Origin: Octopus vulgaris | Lineage: Eukaryota | Length of the DNA: 64,000 nucleotides | Assembly: GCA_951406725.2 (NCBI GenBank) | Contig: OX597833.1 | Span: forward strand, 36,766,001 to 36,830,000 | Direction: 5' to 3' | Notes under the pieces: model-generated | Told to the model about the DNA's origin: nothing | The model's input: the letters and a program-made list of their open reading frames with translations, nothing else | Databases searched by the model: none | Translations under genes and position numbers: made by a program | Shown here: piece after piece, positions 28,770 through 42,527 of the stretch | Position numbering within the stretch: position 1 is the first letter of the stretch | Layout: each line of letters starts with the position of its first letter

Positions 28770-29398
28770 TAGGGTGGAGTGAAAATAAAAAACTGTGAAA
28801 ATTGAAAATGCCTAACAGCTAAAATGTTTCTATATTTAATTACCAGAAAAATGTTAAATTTTCGCTGCGATTAATCAAGGGCATTTACTCTCTCAAGCCC
28901 CCAAAACCCCGAAAATGGGGGATTTTTGTAAATTTTTTACAATAGCGGATTTTGGTAGGTTTGAGGGAGTAAATGTCCATGACTTTTCTAAGTGAAGAAG
29001 AAGTATTTTCTAGTAATAATATACAGCAAGATGATTTTAGGCCTCAGGCATCTGTGTGTGCGGGTATATAAATAGTATAATCTAGGGTGGAGTAAAAATA
29101 AAAAAATTGTAGAAATTTAAAATGCCTGAAGCCTACAATCTTGCTATATATTATTACTAAAAAAAAGCTAAATTTTCGCTTAGATCAGTCGAGAGCATTT
29201 ACTCCCTCGAACTCCCCAAATTCTGTTATTCTAAAAATTTACAGAAATCCCCCATTTTCGGAGTTTAGGGAGCTTCAGGGAGTTAATACCCTTGGTTGAT
29301 CTCAGTGTAAATTTAGCATTTTTCAAGTAAACAAATATAGCAACATTTTAGCTCTCAGGCATTTTCAATTTCTACAATTTTCATTTTCACTCTACCTA
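28770..29398. mobile_element. Two adjacent fold-back MITE copies in opposite orientation (28770-29050 truncated; 29083-29398)
   Basis: Termini TAGGGTGGAGT(G/A)AAAAT / ATTTTCACTCTACCTA. Internal CCCCGAAAATGGGGGATTT versus AAATCCCCCATTTTCGGAG. Confidence 0.8.
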
Positions 29399-29619
29399 AT
29401 GTATATGTATCTTTTATGTACGTACGTATGTATGTATGTATGTATGCATGCATGCATGTATGTATGTATGTATGTATGTTTGTATGTATGTATGTATGTA
29501 TGTATGTATGTATGTATGTATGTATGTGCGCGGGTCATGCGAGCATAAAAAATCAAATTAAATTAAATAATTAGTGAAACAGCAAATACAGGACCGTCGA
29601 AATTTCGAAGATGGAACGA

Positions 29620-30780
29620 GTATTCATCCCCAAACCTAAACACGGTATAGTAAAAGTACACAAAACAGTCCCCTCTGCAGGGGTCTAGCATGGTCACATA
29701 TAAGTTTTGGCCGCTCTATACAATAGCCAAATTGGTTGTTCACTTATTTGAACATAACATGCCTTCAAATGTTTACCCACCCTCATAGCGACTGCCCCGT
29801 GTGGTCTGCATACAGTGCTCACCCCTCGCTACACCACTGCCACGCCATCTCATAATATCCCAAATAAATACACCCACAAATAAAAGAGCCAAATAAAGGC
29901 ACCAAAAGAATTACAGTATTATGTCACCATAAGAAGTTCTATACATTTTGGAAAAAACAAACAAAATAGTTATTATTCAGGCCGAGATGTAGAAGAAATA
30001 GTAGAAAGAATCGAAATTATGTTAGATAATGTATACAAAAACCCCAAAATAAAGTTACACATGATACTAGCACAATTATATTTTTTTTAAAAACTACTAG
30101 TAACTTGCACAACCGAAATACCTCTTCACTATCCAAAAGCCAAACTACATAAACAAAAGATGGAGTAGCAATAGGTTCTCTCCTACGATCCACTTTCTCC
30201 ACATTCTACTTAGCTACAATGAAAACAAAAATATACCTAGCCTCAAGTATTAAATATATACTAAATACGTAGGTGATATATTAGTTGTGATAGACACATC
30301 AGAACCAAAATTTAACAGCTAAAACATTACCACTAGGACTTCATTTCTAGAAATAAGCTTTCAGATTAAAACAATATACATGTTACTTAAATTTAAACAA
30401 AAATAACAAACATTACATATCCCTAAATGGATCCAGCGAATTCTTACATAATCAAAAAATATCAGTGGTAGAAACACTACTTAAGAGAACATTTAGATCC
30501 TCTTCCACAAATAAACATTAGAAATAGAAAACCAAAAAAATAAGACAAACCTTAATTAACAACGGATATTCAAACTGGAAGGCAAGAAACTGATGTATAT
30601 AGACAGAAACACAATTCAAGAAATACATTAGACACTAGACGCATTAGACACATATTGCACACAATGTGCTATAATCAGATGTATACCAGGTAGGCCACAG
30701 AAAAACACATAATCAAAACTCTCATAAAACGTAATACAAAATTAGTCATACCAAACCATAAATTGACTCTAGTATTATAC
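29620..30780 (+). mobile_element. Penelope-like element RT remnant
   Basis: HGIVKVHK, KDGVAIGSLLRSTFSTFYL (cf. DGVAMGSPLGP..AN.YM), IYTKYVGDILV (cf. RYVDD), and IRQTLINNGYS. Confidence 0.8.
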
Positions 30781-31050
30781 ACTGGTTAATAGATTTGACT
30801 GGAAAAATTGAAGTTGAAAACGCCACAATTCTGACTGTGTGTATATGTGCGCATACATATGTGTGTGTTTATATATGAGTTAGGAAATGCTATTTGTATT
30901 TCTTTATATGCTCAAATACATACATGCAGACTTACATGCGTTCTCACACGACTGAATTAATCGTTAAGGAAAAATATGCGCCTTCTTACGGCACAAAAAA
31001 AAACAGAGGTGCTGCAGAGAGAACACAGTGCATATCATATATGGCTTATT

Positions 31051-31230
31051 TAATACAGGTTTCAAATTTTGCCGCAAGGCCAACAACGTCGAACCCAGTG
31101 TTCAACTAGTACTTATTTAATGGACACCAAAAGGAATAAAAGCTAAGTCGACCTTGGCAAAATTTGAACTCAGAACATAAACACATACGAAATGCCACCA
31201 AGCATTCTGCCCGACGTGCTAACGATTTCT
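31051..31230 (-). mobile_element. SINE family M, degenerate
   Basis: AAGTCGACCTTGGCAAAATTTGAACTCAGAAC...GTGCTAACGATT. Confidence 0.75.
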
Positions 31231-31660
31231 CTACTCTGGGGCTTTATGTGTGTGTATGAATGTATGTATGTATGTACGTATGCATGCATGTATGTATGAC
31301 ATTCTTCAGTTATATTTCAAGCTTTCTTGCCAATAAAGAGCCGGTTTCTAACCTAGATCCAAGGCTCCTTCATTGGAATTTTAATATCGGCAACATGGTA
31401 TTTTTGTTTGCATGTATGTATTTATGTATGTATGTACGTATGTATGTATGTATGTATGTATGTATGTATGTATGTATGTATGTATGCATGTATGTATGCA
31501 TGTATGTATGTATGTATGCATGTATGTGTGCAGATTTCTATGTTTTGCTTTATGTCACGCATATAGTTGCATATCTAGATATGCTCATATATATTTGAAT
31601 GCTAAACGTCTCTAGTCTTCGAATTAGCTTTCTCCTTTCTGATTTTGAGAAGACTGTATA

Positions 31661-32110
31661 TCTCTTATTATAAAAGGCAGATTTTATCTGCCTCCCTTTG
31701 GGAGTTATACAAATCTACAATATAGGATTTCTTCAATTACAATTTACCTAGCAGTTTTAAGAGTACAATGCATCGCGTCATGCCAGGTCCAGTTTTTAAA
31801 ATTTAAACTCCAATTAAGCAAAATTTACAGAAAACTCACATTCTGGTGTGTGTGTCAAATGCTTTTCTTAGTCTGGTTTACACCACACGCAAACGCACAC
31901 ACACAGTGGGCAACGAATAAAATGAAAGTAAATGTAATATTTGTTTCTGTCTATCACGCTGATAGATACATGAGTAAAATGTATGGGAAGCTAACAGATA
32001 ACAGTGAGTGAAAATGTTCTTGGAAGAGAGTAAATTAGCGACAGTGATTTGAGGAAGACTAAATTGAAACTATGAAACAGTGTTTATGTATAAACAGACG
32101 ACACTTATAT
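31661..32110 (+). mobile_element. Non-autonomous Helitron 5' portion (no own 3' end seen)
   Basis: A|TCTCTTATTATAAAAGGCAG start resembles the 5' end at 32440. Confidence 0.5.
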
Positions 32111-32111
32111 A

Positions 32112-32438
32112 AACCCTTTCATTACCAAACCGCCCGAATTTACCTATTCATATCTAAATGAGAATATCAGAGTAAATCTCTTTAGTACATTCGTGAAAAC
32201 ACGTATTATACTTCGTAAACACTTCAAATACAGTTTTGTACAAAAATCGAAGTGTAATTTTAATTCCGTGAATTATGGGAGATTTTTTTCCGAAATTTGT
32301 TCCTATTGTGTTTTCAAAATTTGTAATTCTGACAAAAAATGGATACGAATTTCATTATATCAAGCAGCGAGTCAGAATTTGAAGGATTTTCTACTGAAGA
32401 CCTTCATAAATCTAACTCTATGACTGAAAAAAAAAAGC
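32112..32438 (+). mobile_element. piggyBac-like left end with truncated acidic transposase N-terminus
   Basis: TAAACCCTTTCATTACC resembles a TTAA|CCCT terminus. ORF MDTNFIISSSESEFEGFSTEDL is cut at 32439. Confidence 0.45.
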
Positions 32439-32439
32439 A

Positions 32440-32835
32440 TCTTTATATAAGAGTGAAGTTGTGTGTCTGTCCCCTTCGATTTACATTCGTAATTACTCCC
32501 ACATTTTGCGGTGCAGTTTAACCAAAAGCGGGTATCTTATAGTCGTGATTCATATCGAGCCCTTCTGGGTATTAGCGCGCGTCTACGATGAGTCTACGAT
32601 TTTTAAAAAATTTACCATCATATTTTTCCATTTTAATGCATTTTTTTCGCTTTTATATAAGGGAAGTAACTCTCTAAAAATATCTACGATGTGTCAACGA
32701 TTTAAAAAAAATTTACCTTAATTTTTTTTCAATTTTTAATGTTTTTTTTTTTGCTATTTTTTGGCTATAACTCTCTAAAAATGCTTATATAGTTATTTCC
32801 CTTACAACCCGAGCAACGCCGGGCGATACTGCTAG
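32440..32835 (+). mobile_element. Non-autonomous Helitron
   Basis: Inserted between A and T. 5' TCTTTATATAAGAGTGAAG, subterminal hairpin CCCGAGCAACGCCGGG, 3' CTAG. Confidence 0.9.
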
Positions 32836-32841
32836 TATATA

Positions 32842-32877
<36 letters not shown>

Positions 32878-33020
32878 TGTATGTATGTATGTATGTATGC
32901 ATGTATGTATGCGTATATGTATGTATTATGCGTGTATGTTGTATGTATGTGTGTATGCATGTATGTATATTATGTATGGATGTAAATGTATGTTTATATA
33001 TATATGTATGTATATATGTA

Positions 33021-33154
<134 letters not shown>

Positions 33155-33331
33155 CACACATATATATATATCTATGTGTATATATATATTATATATATAT
33201 ATATGTGTGTGTGTGCGTGGGTGTATGTGTGTGTAAGCAAATTATTTTATAATTATATATATAATTATGCCTCACCACGCTAGGTCTTTTTTTTTATTAC
33301 CTCAACATCTCCGAGAATATATATATATATA

Positions 33332-33376
<45 letters not shown>

Positions 33377-33949
33377 GAGAGAGTAATAGACTGACACCGA
33401 AGGAGAGCAATAAAATTATAGAAACGGAGACAACGGAGTGAAAGTGTGGGTAAGAATAGGGCGGCAAGAAGAATATAATAAACAGATAAGTTTATGAACA
33501 GATGGAGATGGAAGACGAAAGCCAGAACTGCAGTCACGCATGAAAGAACAGGCGGGAAAAGCAGACAAAAAGCAAATGCAAAGTGTAAGAGGGAGAGGGA
33601 GACAAAGAAAATGCAGCCGCAATCTTTTAACGTTTTCAGACTAACCATAAACAATGTCTGCTGTTATACAAGGACGTAAATTCGACTGTTGCAAGTCCGG
33701 TATTAGTATTTGTATTTAAGGCTGTGTATTCACAGTCTTAAATAAATAAAAAAATGTCTATGTGTAATTCTCACTATTACTCTGAGTGTGCGATTAAGAC
33801 GAGACAGAGTAAAAAAAGCTGAGTATGAGTGAAGTACATAGATATGGAGAGTATATATATATATATACGTGCTTGTATACAAGTTTATATATACGAATAT
33901 GAATTTGAATATAACACCCTCTCCTGTCTATACAATCACACGCTCATCG

Positions 33950-33959
33950 ATTATTATTA

Positions 33960-34023
<64 letters not shown>

Positions 34024-34091
34024 CATTATTATTATTATCATTATTATTATTATTATCATTATTATTATTATTATCATTATCATTATTATTA

Positions 34092-34127
<36 letters not shown>

Positions 34128-34132
34128 GAATA

Positions 34133-34178
<46 letters not shown>
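33950..34178. repeat. (TAT)n/(CAT) trinucleotide repeat
   Basis: Directly visible. Confidence 0.97.
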
Positions 34179-34319
34179 TAAAACAGTTTGATTCAGCTCT
34201 GTGCGACTTAAAGATTCGTAGGCTTTTTACATGGAGTCGAATCAAACTGTTTCCAATAATATATGTAGCACCTACTAAATGTGTTGGGAGCGTTTTTCTT
34301 TCGTTTGTCCACTCACACA

Positions 34320-34439
<120 letters not shown>

Positions 34440-34465
34440 AAAACTATATATATATATTTAATATA

Positions 34466-34498
<33 letters not shown>

Positions 34499-34726
34499 TG
34501 TATGTATGTACGTATGTATGGGAAATCTGCGAAAATGAAGCCGCATCTGGGACTGCATAATTTTTCTATGGTATGCGGAATATTGTGATTCAATAAATAC
34601 CACTTTTTACAAGATTTTTTATAATGATACATAGGCTGAGTGTTAATTTGAACAATTTTGATTTTTGTCTTCATTTCCACTCACATTTTCTAATTATCAA
34701 ATTTTATTATATATATATATATATAT

Positions 34727-34805
34727 TGAGCGTCCAATAACACTATACTTGTTCCACGTCCTCGCGTTGTGTTTTCGCTTTGTGTTTTCATGTTTGGATT
34801 AACTA
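34727..34805 (+). mobile_element. Family A 3' tail (shortest copy) between (TA)n tracts
   Basis: TGAGCGTCCAATAACACTATACTTGTTCCACGTCCTCGCG...TTTGGATTAAC|TATA. Confidence 0.85.
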
Positions 34806-34816
34806 TATATATAAAG

Positions 34817-34876
<60 letters not shown>

Positions 34877-34880
<4 letters not shown>

Positions 34881-35097
34881 CTTTATTACCCACAGGGGGC
34901 TAAACATAGAGGGGACAAAGAAGGACAGACAAAGGAATTAAATCGATTACATCGACCCCAGTGCGTAACTGGTACTTAATTTATCGACCCCGAAAGGATG
35001 AAAGGCAAAGTCGACCTCGGCGGAATTTGAACTCACAACATAACGGCAGACGAAATACCGCTAAGCATTTCGCCCGACGTGCTAACGTTTCTGCCAG
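34877..35097 (-). mobile_element. SINE family M (tail type c)
   Basis: Near-consensus reverse complement of 39930-40152. Confidence 0.92.
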
Positions 35098-35342
35098 ACA
35101 CACACATATATATGTATGTATGATTGTATGTATGTATGTATGTATGTATGTATGTATGTATGTATGTATCTATGTATAAAGCTTTGTCCGAGTTTACGAA
35201 AAATGATATCGCTCTTAAAGAATTTTTTTTAATGTGTGGGTATAGGATGTAGACAAAATGAGAAATGAAAAGACAAAAGGGAAGTGCAGTTGTTTTATGT
35301 TGTTGAAAAACTGAATTCAAAGGTGGTAGGCATATTTTGCTT

Positions 35343-35509
35343 TTCTATATTTAAGAGATGAGGAATTATGTACATTATTTACATTATTTACATTTGAGGG
35401 ATATTTGTCCTCATCTGTTGTTAGGGTTTGGTTAGGGTTTCAGCTGATATATCCTCCAGCCTTCATCAGGTGTCTTGAGGAAATTTCGAACCTGGGCTCT
35501 CATTCCTAA
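35343..35509 (-). mobile_element. Family B short element with disrupted HHR
   Basis: Reverse complement of 45379-45535. GACAC-CTGATGA-A-GGCTGG...TCAGCT-GAAA is intact, but stem III and the 3' strand of stem I are replaced. Confidence 0.85.
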
Positions 35510-36266
35510 CCACACGGTTAAACAGTTGCGGCAACAGATATCTTTCTACGTCCGAAATTTGGCTGTTACAGATAACAATCGATATTCTGATAATTCTAGT
35601 CACCTTTCCATCTATACTCGAAACCATCCAAAAGTTTCCATAGAGACCAATAGCAATGTAAAAAATAAACTGGTTCCGCCAGCGCCGCCATCACACTGAT
35701 AGGTATCTCTGCATACTGATCCGACAGAGGTGGCTTTAAAATACACACAGCAGCAACACATTTTACAACCACTGTTTGTAAACACTTTTCCAGTGTCACT
35801 TAGCTGTCATTAAGGAACAGAATTTTTTGCATGTGAGTTGGAGAAAAAGACAAGCCTCTCGTATGGTAAGTTATTGATGGTATTGCTGGAGACTGTATAT
35901 AAAGGAAGATAAACTAGTGATCCTGAGGGAAAAACACAAATTCCGAAAAAAGTATTACAACGAACTACTAAAACCATATGTTGGCGTTTGAATTACAGAG
36001 AATAGACTTAAGTTGAGTACAAATAGCCTTCAAGTGCCGTATGATATCACTCAGACAGCACTGGCTAAACAATAGCAGCAAAAATAAATACATAAACCAA
36101 ATAAAAAGGAAGTAATTAACATTCTACAGATCGGTAGAAACACTTACTTCTCTATGTCTTCATGTATGAATCCAAAAGTTGAAGACTAGTCTATCTCAGC
36201 GAACTGCAAGAGAAAAGATTCTGCATGCCACAATAAGGATATACATGGATATATTTCTCATACGAT

Positions 36267-37130
36267 TGAAGAGGCTAATAATCCTTTCTGCTATAAACAC
36301 TAGGCCTCAAATTTGATGGAAGTGGGATAATCGATTACAACGACAGAGCTCTCAAGTGGTACTTATTTTATCGACCCCGAAAGGATGAAAGACAAACTCG
36401 AGCTCAGTCAAATTTGAACATAGAAAGTAAAGCCGGAAGAAATGCCGCAAGGCATTTTTTCCGGCGTACTAATGATTCTGTCTGCATAGCACCTTTGAAG
36501 AGGCTATTAAAATTGGTTTCCAATTTTGGCACGAGGCCAGAAATTTCAGAGGAGGAGTAAGTCGATTACATCGACCACAATGCTCAACTGGTGCTTATTT
36601 CATCGATCCCGAAAGGATGAAAGGTAAAAGTCGACCTGGGCAGAATTTGAACTTAGAACATAAAGATTGACGAAATGCCGCTAAGTATTTTGCTTTGCGT
36701 GCTAACGCTTCTGCCAGCTCACCGCCTTTGAAGAGACTAATAATATTGATTTCAAATTTTGGGACGAGGCCAGCAACTTCAGGGGAGTGGGAAGCCGTTT
36801 GCATCGACCCCAATGCTCACCTGATACTTACCTTATCGAGCAATAAAGGATAAAAGGCAAAGTCGACTTAGGTGGAATTTGAACAAAGAGCCAAATAATA
36901 TTGGTTTCACATTTTAGCACAAAGCCAGAAATTTCAAGGGCTGGGGTAAGTCGATTACTTCGAACCCAATGTTCAACTAGTGCTTATTTCAGCGACCCCG
37001 AAGGGATGAAAGGTAAAGTCGACCTCGGCGGAATTTGAACTCAGAACGTAAAGACGGACGAAATGCTGCTGAGCGTTTCACCCGGCATGTTAATGATTCT
37101 GCCAGCTAGCCACCTAAAGAGGCAAATAAT
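36267..37130 (-). mobile_element. Head-to-tail array of four family M SINEs separated by a repeated ~16-bp target motif
   Basis: Spacer TGAAGAGGCTAATAAT variants start at 36267, 36496, 36729, 36885 and 37116. Confidence 0.88.
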
Positions 37131-37499
37131 ATTAACATGAAGCGTAGCCTCTCTTGAATTCATAACCGTTACATCATGTCACATTTCGAAGGTTACGCTT
37201 TTGCAATCCGGTAGCATATCTACGAAATATCTAATGAACTGAGACAGTGGAGCTCTTATTCTCCTAAGACATAATCGTAAATGCCAAGTATGTAACTTTT
37301 CTGAGGAGGATATATCAAATATAATCAGTAGCTGTTTAAAAATGTATTTGTGTCTCTACTTCCACTGCGACATGATCATGAGGTTATTCTTAAAGTAATA
37401 TCCAAAGACTACATTGGGATAAATATAAACATCTCTGCTATTGAATACATACACACAAGGATATTGGAGTAAGATTTCCTTCAAAACAAATGCAAACAA

Positions 37500-37865
37500 T
37501 CACTAACAAGTGAAAACATACCTGATATAGGTTTATTGGATAAAAAAATAGGAAAGTCCATGTATCGTTATAGAGGTTAGCTACCCTGAAGATGTGAATA
37601 TGTCTTCCATCTCTCAGGGAGGAAGAGAACAACATAAAACTATGAACGGCTGCTTCAAAACCGACAACTTCTCTATCTTGATTATAAATTCACATTTATA
37701 TAATTAAACAATGGTGCAGATAGTTATGCTAGTAAATATCTGAAGGACAATCTGGAAAAGCTCGGATTCTCAAGCAAAGACAGAGACTAGTGAACATGCA
37801 ATGTACCGATATAATCTATAAAGGGAACAATAAAAATACACAAGGTGTTTCTAAGGTTCGAAATG
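37500..37865 (+). mobile_element. RLE-type retrotransposon 3' end remnant
   Basis: NIPDIGLLDKK, CIVIEVSYPEDVNM, LLQNRQLLYLDYKFTFI, LKDNLEKLGF, GTIKIHKVFLRF. Confidence 0.8.
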
Positions 37866-38194
37866 TAATACTTTTATCGTTTATTGTTATCCAAGTTTCA
37901 GCAGTGAATAACCTGCTTCTTTCTCTGAAAGCAGTTACCTCCTTCAACAAAGAATTCTGATAATTAAATAAAAAGGGAAGATTATGCATCACATATATAG
38001 CATATATATACATATTTATATCACGCATATATACACACACAGACACACACATGCACACACAAACACGCATCCAGATACATATACGATCTTTGTGCCTATT
38101 CACAGATATACTTTAGATCATATGCCTATTTTCGCTACCTTCACTCATTTCACACACACACAAACAAGCAAACACAAATGCACACACATACATC

Positions 38195-38465
38195 ATACAT
38201 GCACCACAAAGAAAAGATCTGTTCTGTTGTCGAAATCAACTGCCCTCTGGACATGAATGTGGTGAGAAAAAATACAAGAGGACATCTATTGATAGAGAGT
38301 TTGCAAATCCTGAACCCAAGATACACTTTCAGTTTCATGCCCACTATTATTGGAGCAGCAGGATACATACTAACCCGTCTGGAGCAAAGTATGGCTGAAC
38401 TTGGGGCCTTGGGGAGAGAATGCAAATCCTTAATTTATATGCTACAGGACTTTCTTAAGATTTAA
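38195..38465 (+). mobile_element. RLE-type retrotransposon 3' end remnant
   Basis: KEKICSVVEINCPLDMNV...LQILNPRYTFSFMPTIIGAAGYI...LG. Confidence 0.8.
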
Positions 38466-38707
38466 AGGATGCTGGTTAAAACAAAATACTTTCCTTCACA
38501 ACCTTGCTACCAAGTAGGTGACCGATCAAAATTTACTTAAAATTAAAAAGAGAAAGGGAATAACATACATACATACATACATACATACATACAAACATAC
38601 AAACATACATACATACATACATACATACATACATACATACATACATACATACATACATACATGCATGCATGCATGCATGCATACATACATACATACAAGG
38701 CAATATA

Positions 38708-38940
38708 TATTTCTTTACTACCCACAAGGGGCTAAACACATAGAGGACAAACAAGGACAGAGAAATGGATTAAGTGGATTATATCGACCCCAGTGCGTAA
38801 CTGGTACTTAATTTATCGACCCCGAAAGGATGAAAGGCAAAGTCGACCTCGGAGGAATTTGAGCCCAGAACGTAACGGCAGATAAAATACGGCTACGCAT
38901 TTCGCCCGGCGTGCTAACGTTTCTGCCAGTTCGCCGCCTT
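38708..38940 (-). mobile_element. Full-length SINE family M with target-site duplication
   Basis: Near consensus. AAGGCAATATA occurs at 38697-38707 and 38945-38955. Confidence 0.92.
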
Positions 38941-39454
38941 GTAAAAGGCAATATAAGAGGCAGTGCGACTTTGTGCCAACCTGCTGTGTGGCATTGGAAG
39001 GGATGTTGTCTTGAATGCGTCTGTCTGTAGCAGCAGCAGGCAGTGAAACAGATGTGATTGAAGTGCTCAATTGTGGTTCTCACCCGAGCTTTGTTGAGAG
39101 GTAGTTGTCTGGAGATCCATTATTATTTAGCTCTGAAATTTCTCCATGACAACGACGAAAATGTTATGGCATGCCAAAACCAGGTTACTTATACAACTTG
39201 AGATCGACTTCATTAAATGTGCGTTTTAAAGAATGCTTAAAATGAAGCTTAATATATTGCGCTTTGAATGAAGCTTAGTATATTGCGCGTCAAATGGGTG
39301 AAGGTAGCGAAAATAGACATATTATCATGTAAAGTATATCTATGAATAGGCACACAGAGCGTATGCATATGTGTCTGTGTGCGTGTTTGTGTGTGTATGT
39401 ATGTGTATATGTGTGATATAAATATGTATATATATGCTATGTATAAGCTATATA

Positions 39455-39674
39455 TTTTATTCTTTAATTCTTTTATTTGTATCAGTCATTTGACTGCGGC
39501 CATGCTGGAGTACAGCCTTTAGTCGAACAAATCGACCCCAGGGCTTATTCTTTGTAAGCCTTTGTTATTCCATCGGTCTCTTTTGCCGAACCGCTAAGTT
39601 ACGGGGACGTAAATACACCAACATCGGTTGTCAAGCGATAGTGGGGGAACAAACACACACACACACATATAAAC

Positions 39675-39705
<31 letters not shown>

Positions 39706-39903
39706 CGACGGGCTTCTTTTAGTTTCCGCCTATCAAATCCACTCACAAGGCATTGGTCGGCCCGAGGCTACAGTAAAAGATACTTACCCAAGGTGCCACG
39801 CAGTGGGACTGAACCCGGAACCATGCGGCTGGCAATCAAGCTACTTACCACACAACCACTCTTGCGCCTAGAGCTACTGACCACACATCCATTCCTGCTC
39901 CTA
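39455..39903 (-). mobile_element. Full-length CORE-type SINE with duplicated 5' tip
   Basis: Reverse complement of the consensus. CTACTTACCACACAACCACTCTTGCGCCTA is repeated imperfectly at 39874-39903. Confidence 0.92.
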
Positions 39904-39920
39904 TATATATGTATGTGATA

Positions 39921-40152
39921 AGGCGGCGAGCTGGCAGAAACGTTAGCACGCCGGGCGAAATGCGTAGCCGTATTTCGTCTGCCGTTACGTTCTGAGTTTA
40001 AATTCCGCCGAGGTCGACTTTGCCTTTCATCCTTTCGGGGTCGATAAATAAAGTACCAGTTACGCACTGGGGTCGATGTAATCGTCTTAATCCATTTGTC
40101 TGTTCTTGTTTGTCCCCACTATGTTTAGCCCCTTGTGGGCAATAAAGAAATA
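39921..40152 (+). mobile_element. Full-length SINE family M
   Basis: A-box-like TGGCAGAAACGTTAG at 39932, B-box-like GAGTTTAAATTCC at 39994, central domain, tail AATAAAGAAATA. Confidence 0.92.
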
Positions 40153-40169
40153 TATATATATGTATGTGT

Positions 40170-40866
<697 letters not shown>

Positions 40867-41376
40867 TATATATTTGTATATATATAGCTGAACAGTGGTT
40901 TTAAAAATATAAGTCAGTAGGGAAGTTATTTACCTGCGAAAATATAGTAGCAAGAGTGGGTAAGGTAAATGCTATTTCAGAGGAAAGAAATTACTTTGTG
41001 TAATGACGAATTACGCACACGCGCGTGCATGCGATTGCGTACGCGTACGTGTCTGTATGTATGTATGTGTGTGTATGAGTGTGTGTTTGTATGTGTATTT
41101 ACATGCATGCATACACGCATACATATATAAATTAATCTGCCAGCCAGAAATTTTACTTGATGAAGCTTGGCTTCGTTTCAAATTCATCATAAAGCAATAA
41201 CATTTTAATTCATCTTCGATTACTTGCAATATCGTGGGAGTTCTTTATTGATCCATATAACGATTGTATTTATTTACATGCACATTCACACATGCACATA
41301 CACGCTCTCTGTCTCCTTCTATCTCTCCTCTCTTTAGCTCACCCTCTCTCTAGCTCACCATTTCTCTCTCTCTCTC

Positions 41377-41439
<63 letters not shown>

Positions 41440-41619
41440 TTCACATACTCTGTCGCTCTTCACACACTACTACACACACACTCTAAAATACTTGTTAATC
41501 AATCTATCTCAAATAATGCTACACGAACATACGTCCCTTCTCTCTCGCACATTTTGTATCGACTACTTTTTGTCTCTAGTCTGCTCTATGACATGTTTAT
41601 ATTTCGTGCCCCTATACTC

Positions 41620-41670
41620 CTTTCGCTGTGCGTCTTTTATCTTTCTCACACACTGCTATCAACCACCACC

Positions 41671-41736
<66 letters not shown>

Positions 41737-42438
41737 CTGTTTACACACTTTCTCATAGGGTCGCTACTGCTCTTTCTGTCGCACGCTCATATCATTGTCA
41801 TTTCTCCATCTCTTTCTCTCTTTCTTCCCTTCTTTCTTATTTGATCTCTCCCCTTTTCTCTCTCCACGCTCTCCAACCCGCTCTTCTCTTTTCTTTTATT
41901 AACGTACACAAACTCTTTGTCCCATAGTATCTTCCCTTTCCCTTTCTCTCTCTCTCTCTCTCTTTCTTTCTTCCCCAGCCCCTCTCTCTCACCTCTCTCT
42001 TTCTTCCCCATTCCCTCTCTCCCCTCTCTCTTTCTTCCCCATCCCCGTCTCTCTCTCCCCTCTCTCTTTCTTCCCCATCCCCGTCTCTCTCTTTCTCTCT
42101 CCCTCTCACTCGATGTTACAATTACACTTCTTTCTTCCTGTCTCACGCCTCTCACTGCCATTTTTTTTCCTGTCATAGACACACTCTTTCGTCCTCTCTC
42201 ACAATTCTACACGCTATCTCGTATTCTCACTCCATCTCTTTTTCCTTCTACTTTTTGACTGATAACTCATATAACTACTTGCTCTCTCCATCCATCTCTT
42301 AATATTCCTCTTTCTTTTCACACTTGCCTTCTTACTCGCGATTTTCATTTACGTACGCTATTTCTACCTTTCTTCATCTTTCACAGCTTCACTATTGTAT
42401 CTTCTCTTTCACTTTCTTTGTCTCTCTTTCTCTTTCTA

Positions 42439-42527
<89 letters not shown>

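Noticed and set aside
33376-33670. Minus-strand GTCT-GAAA-ACGT-TA with pyrimidine tail to (TA)n
   Set aside because: CUGANGA box and stem I are absent. It could be another truncated tail but is unsupported.
36267-37130. CRISPR-like repeat-spacer array
   Set aside because: The spacers are homologous SINE copies, the context is eukaryotic and there are no cas genes.
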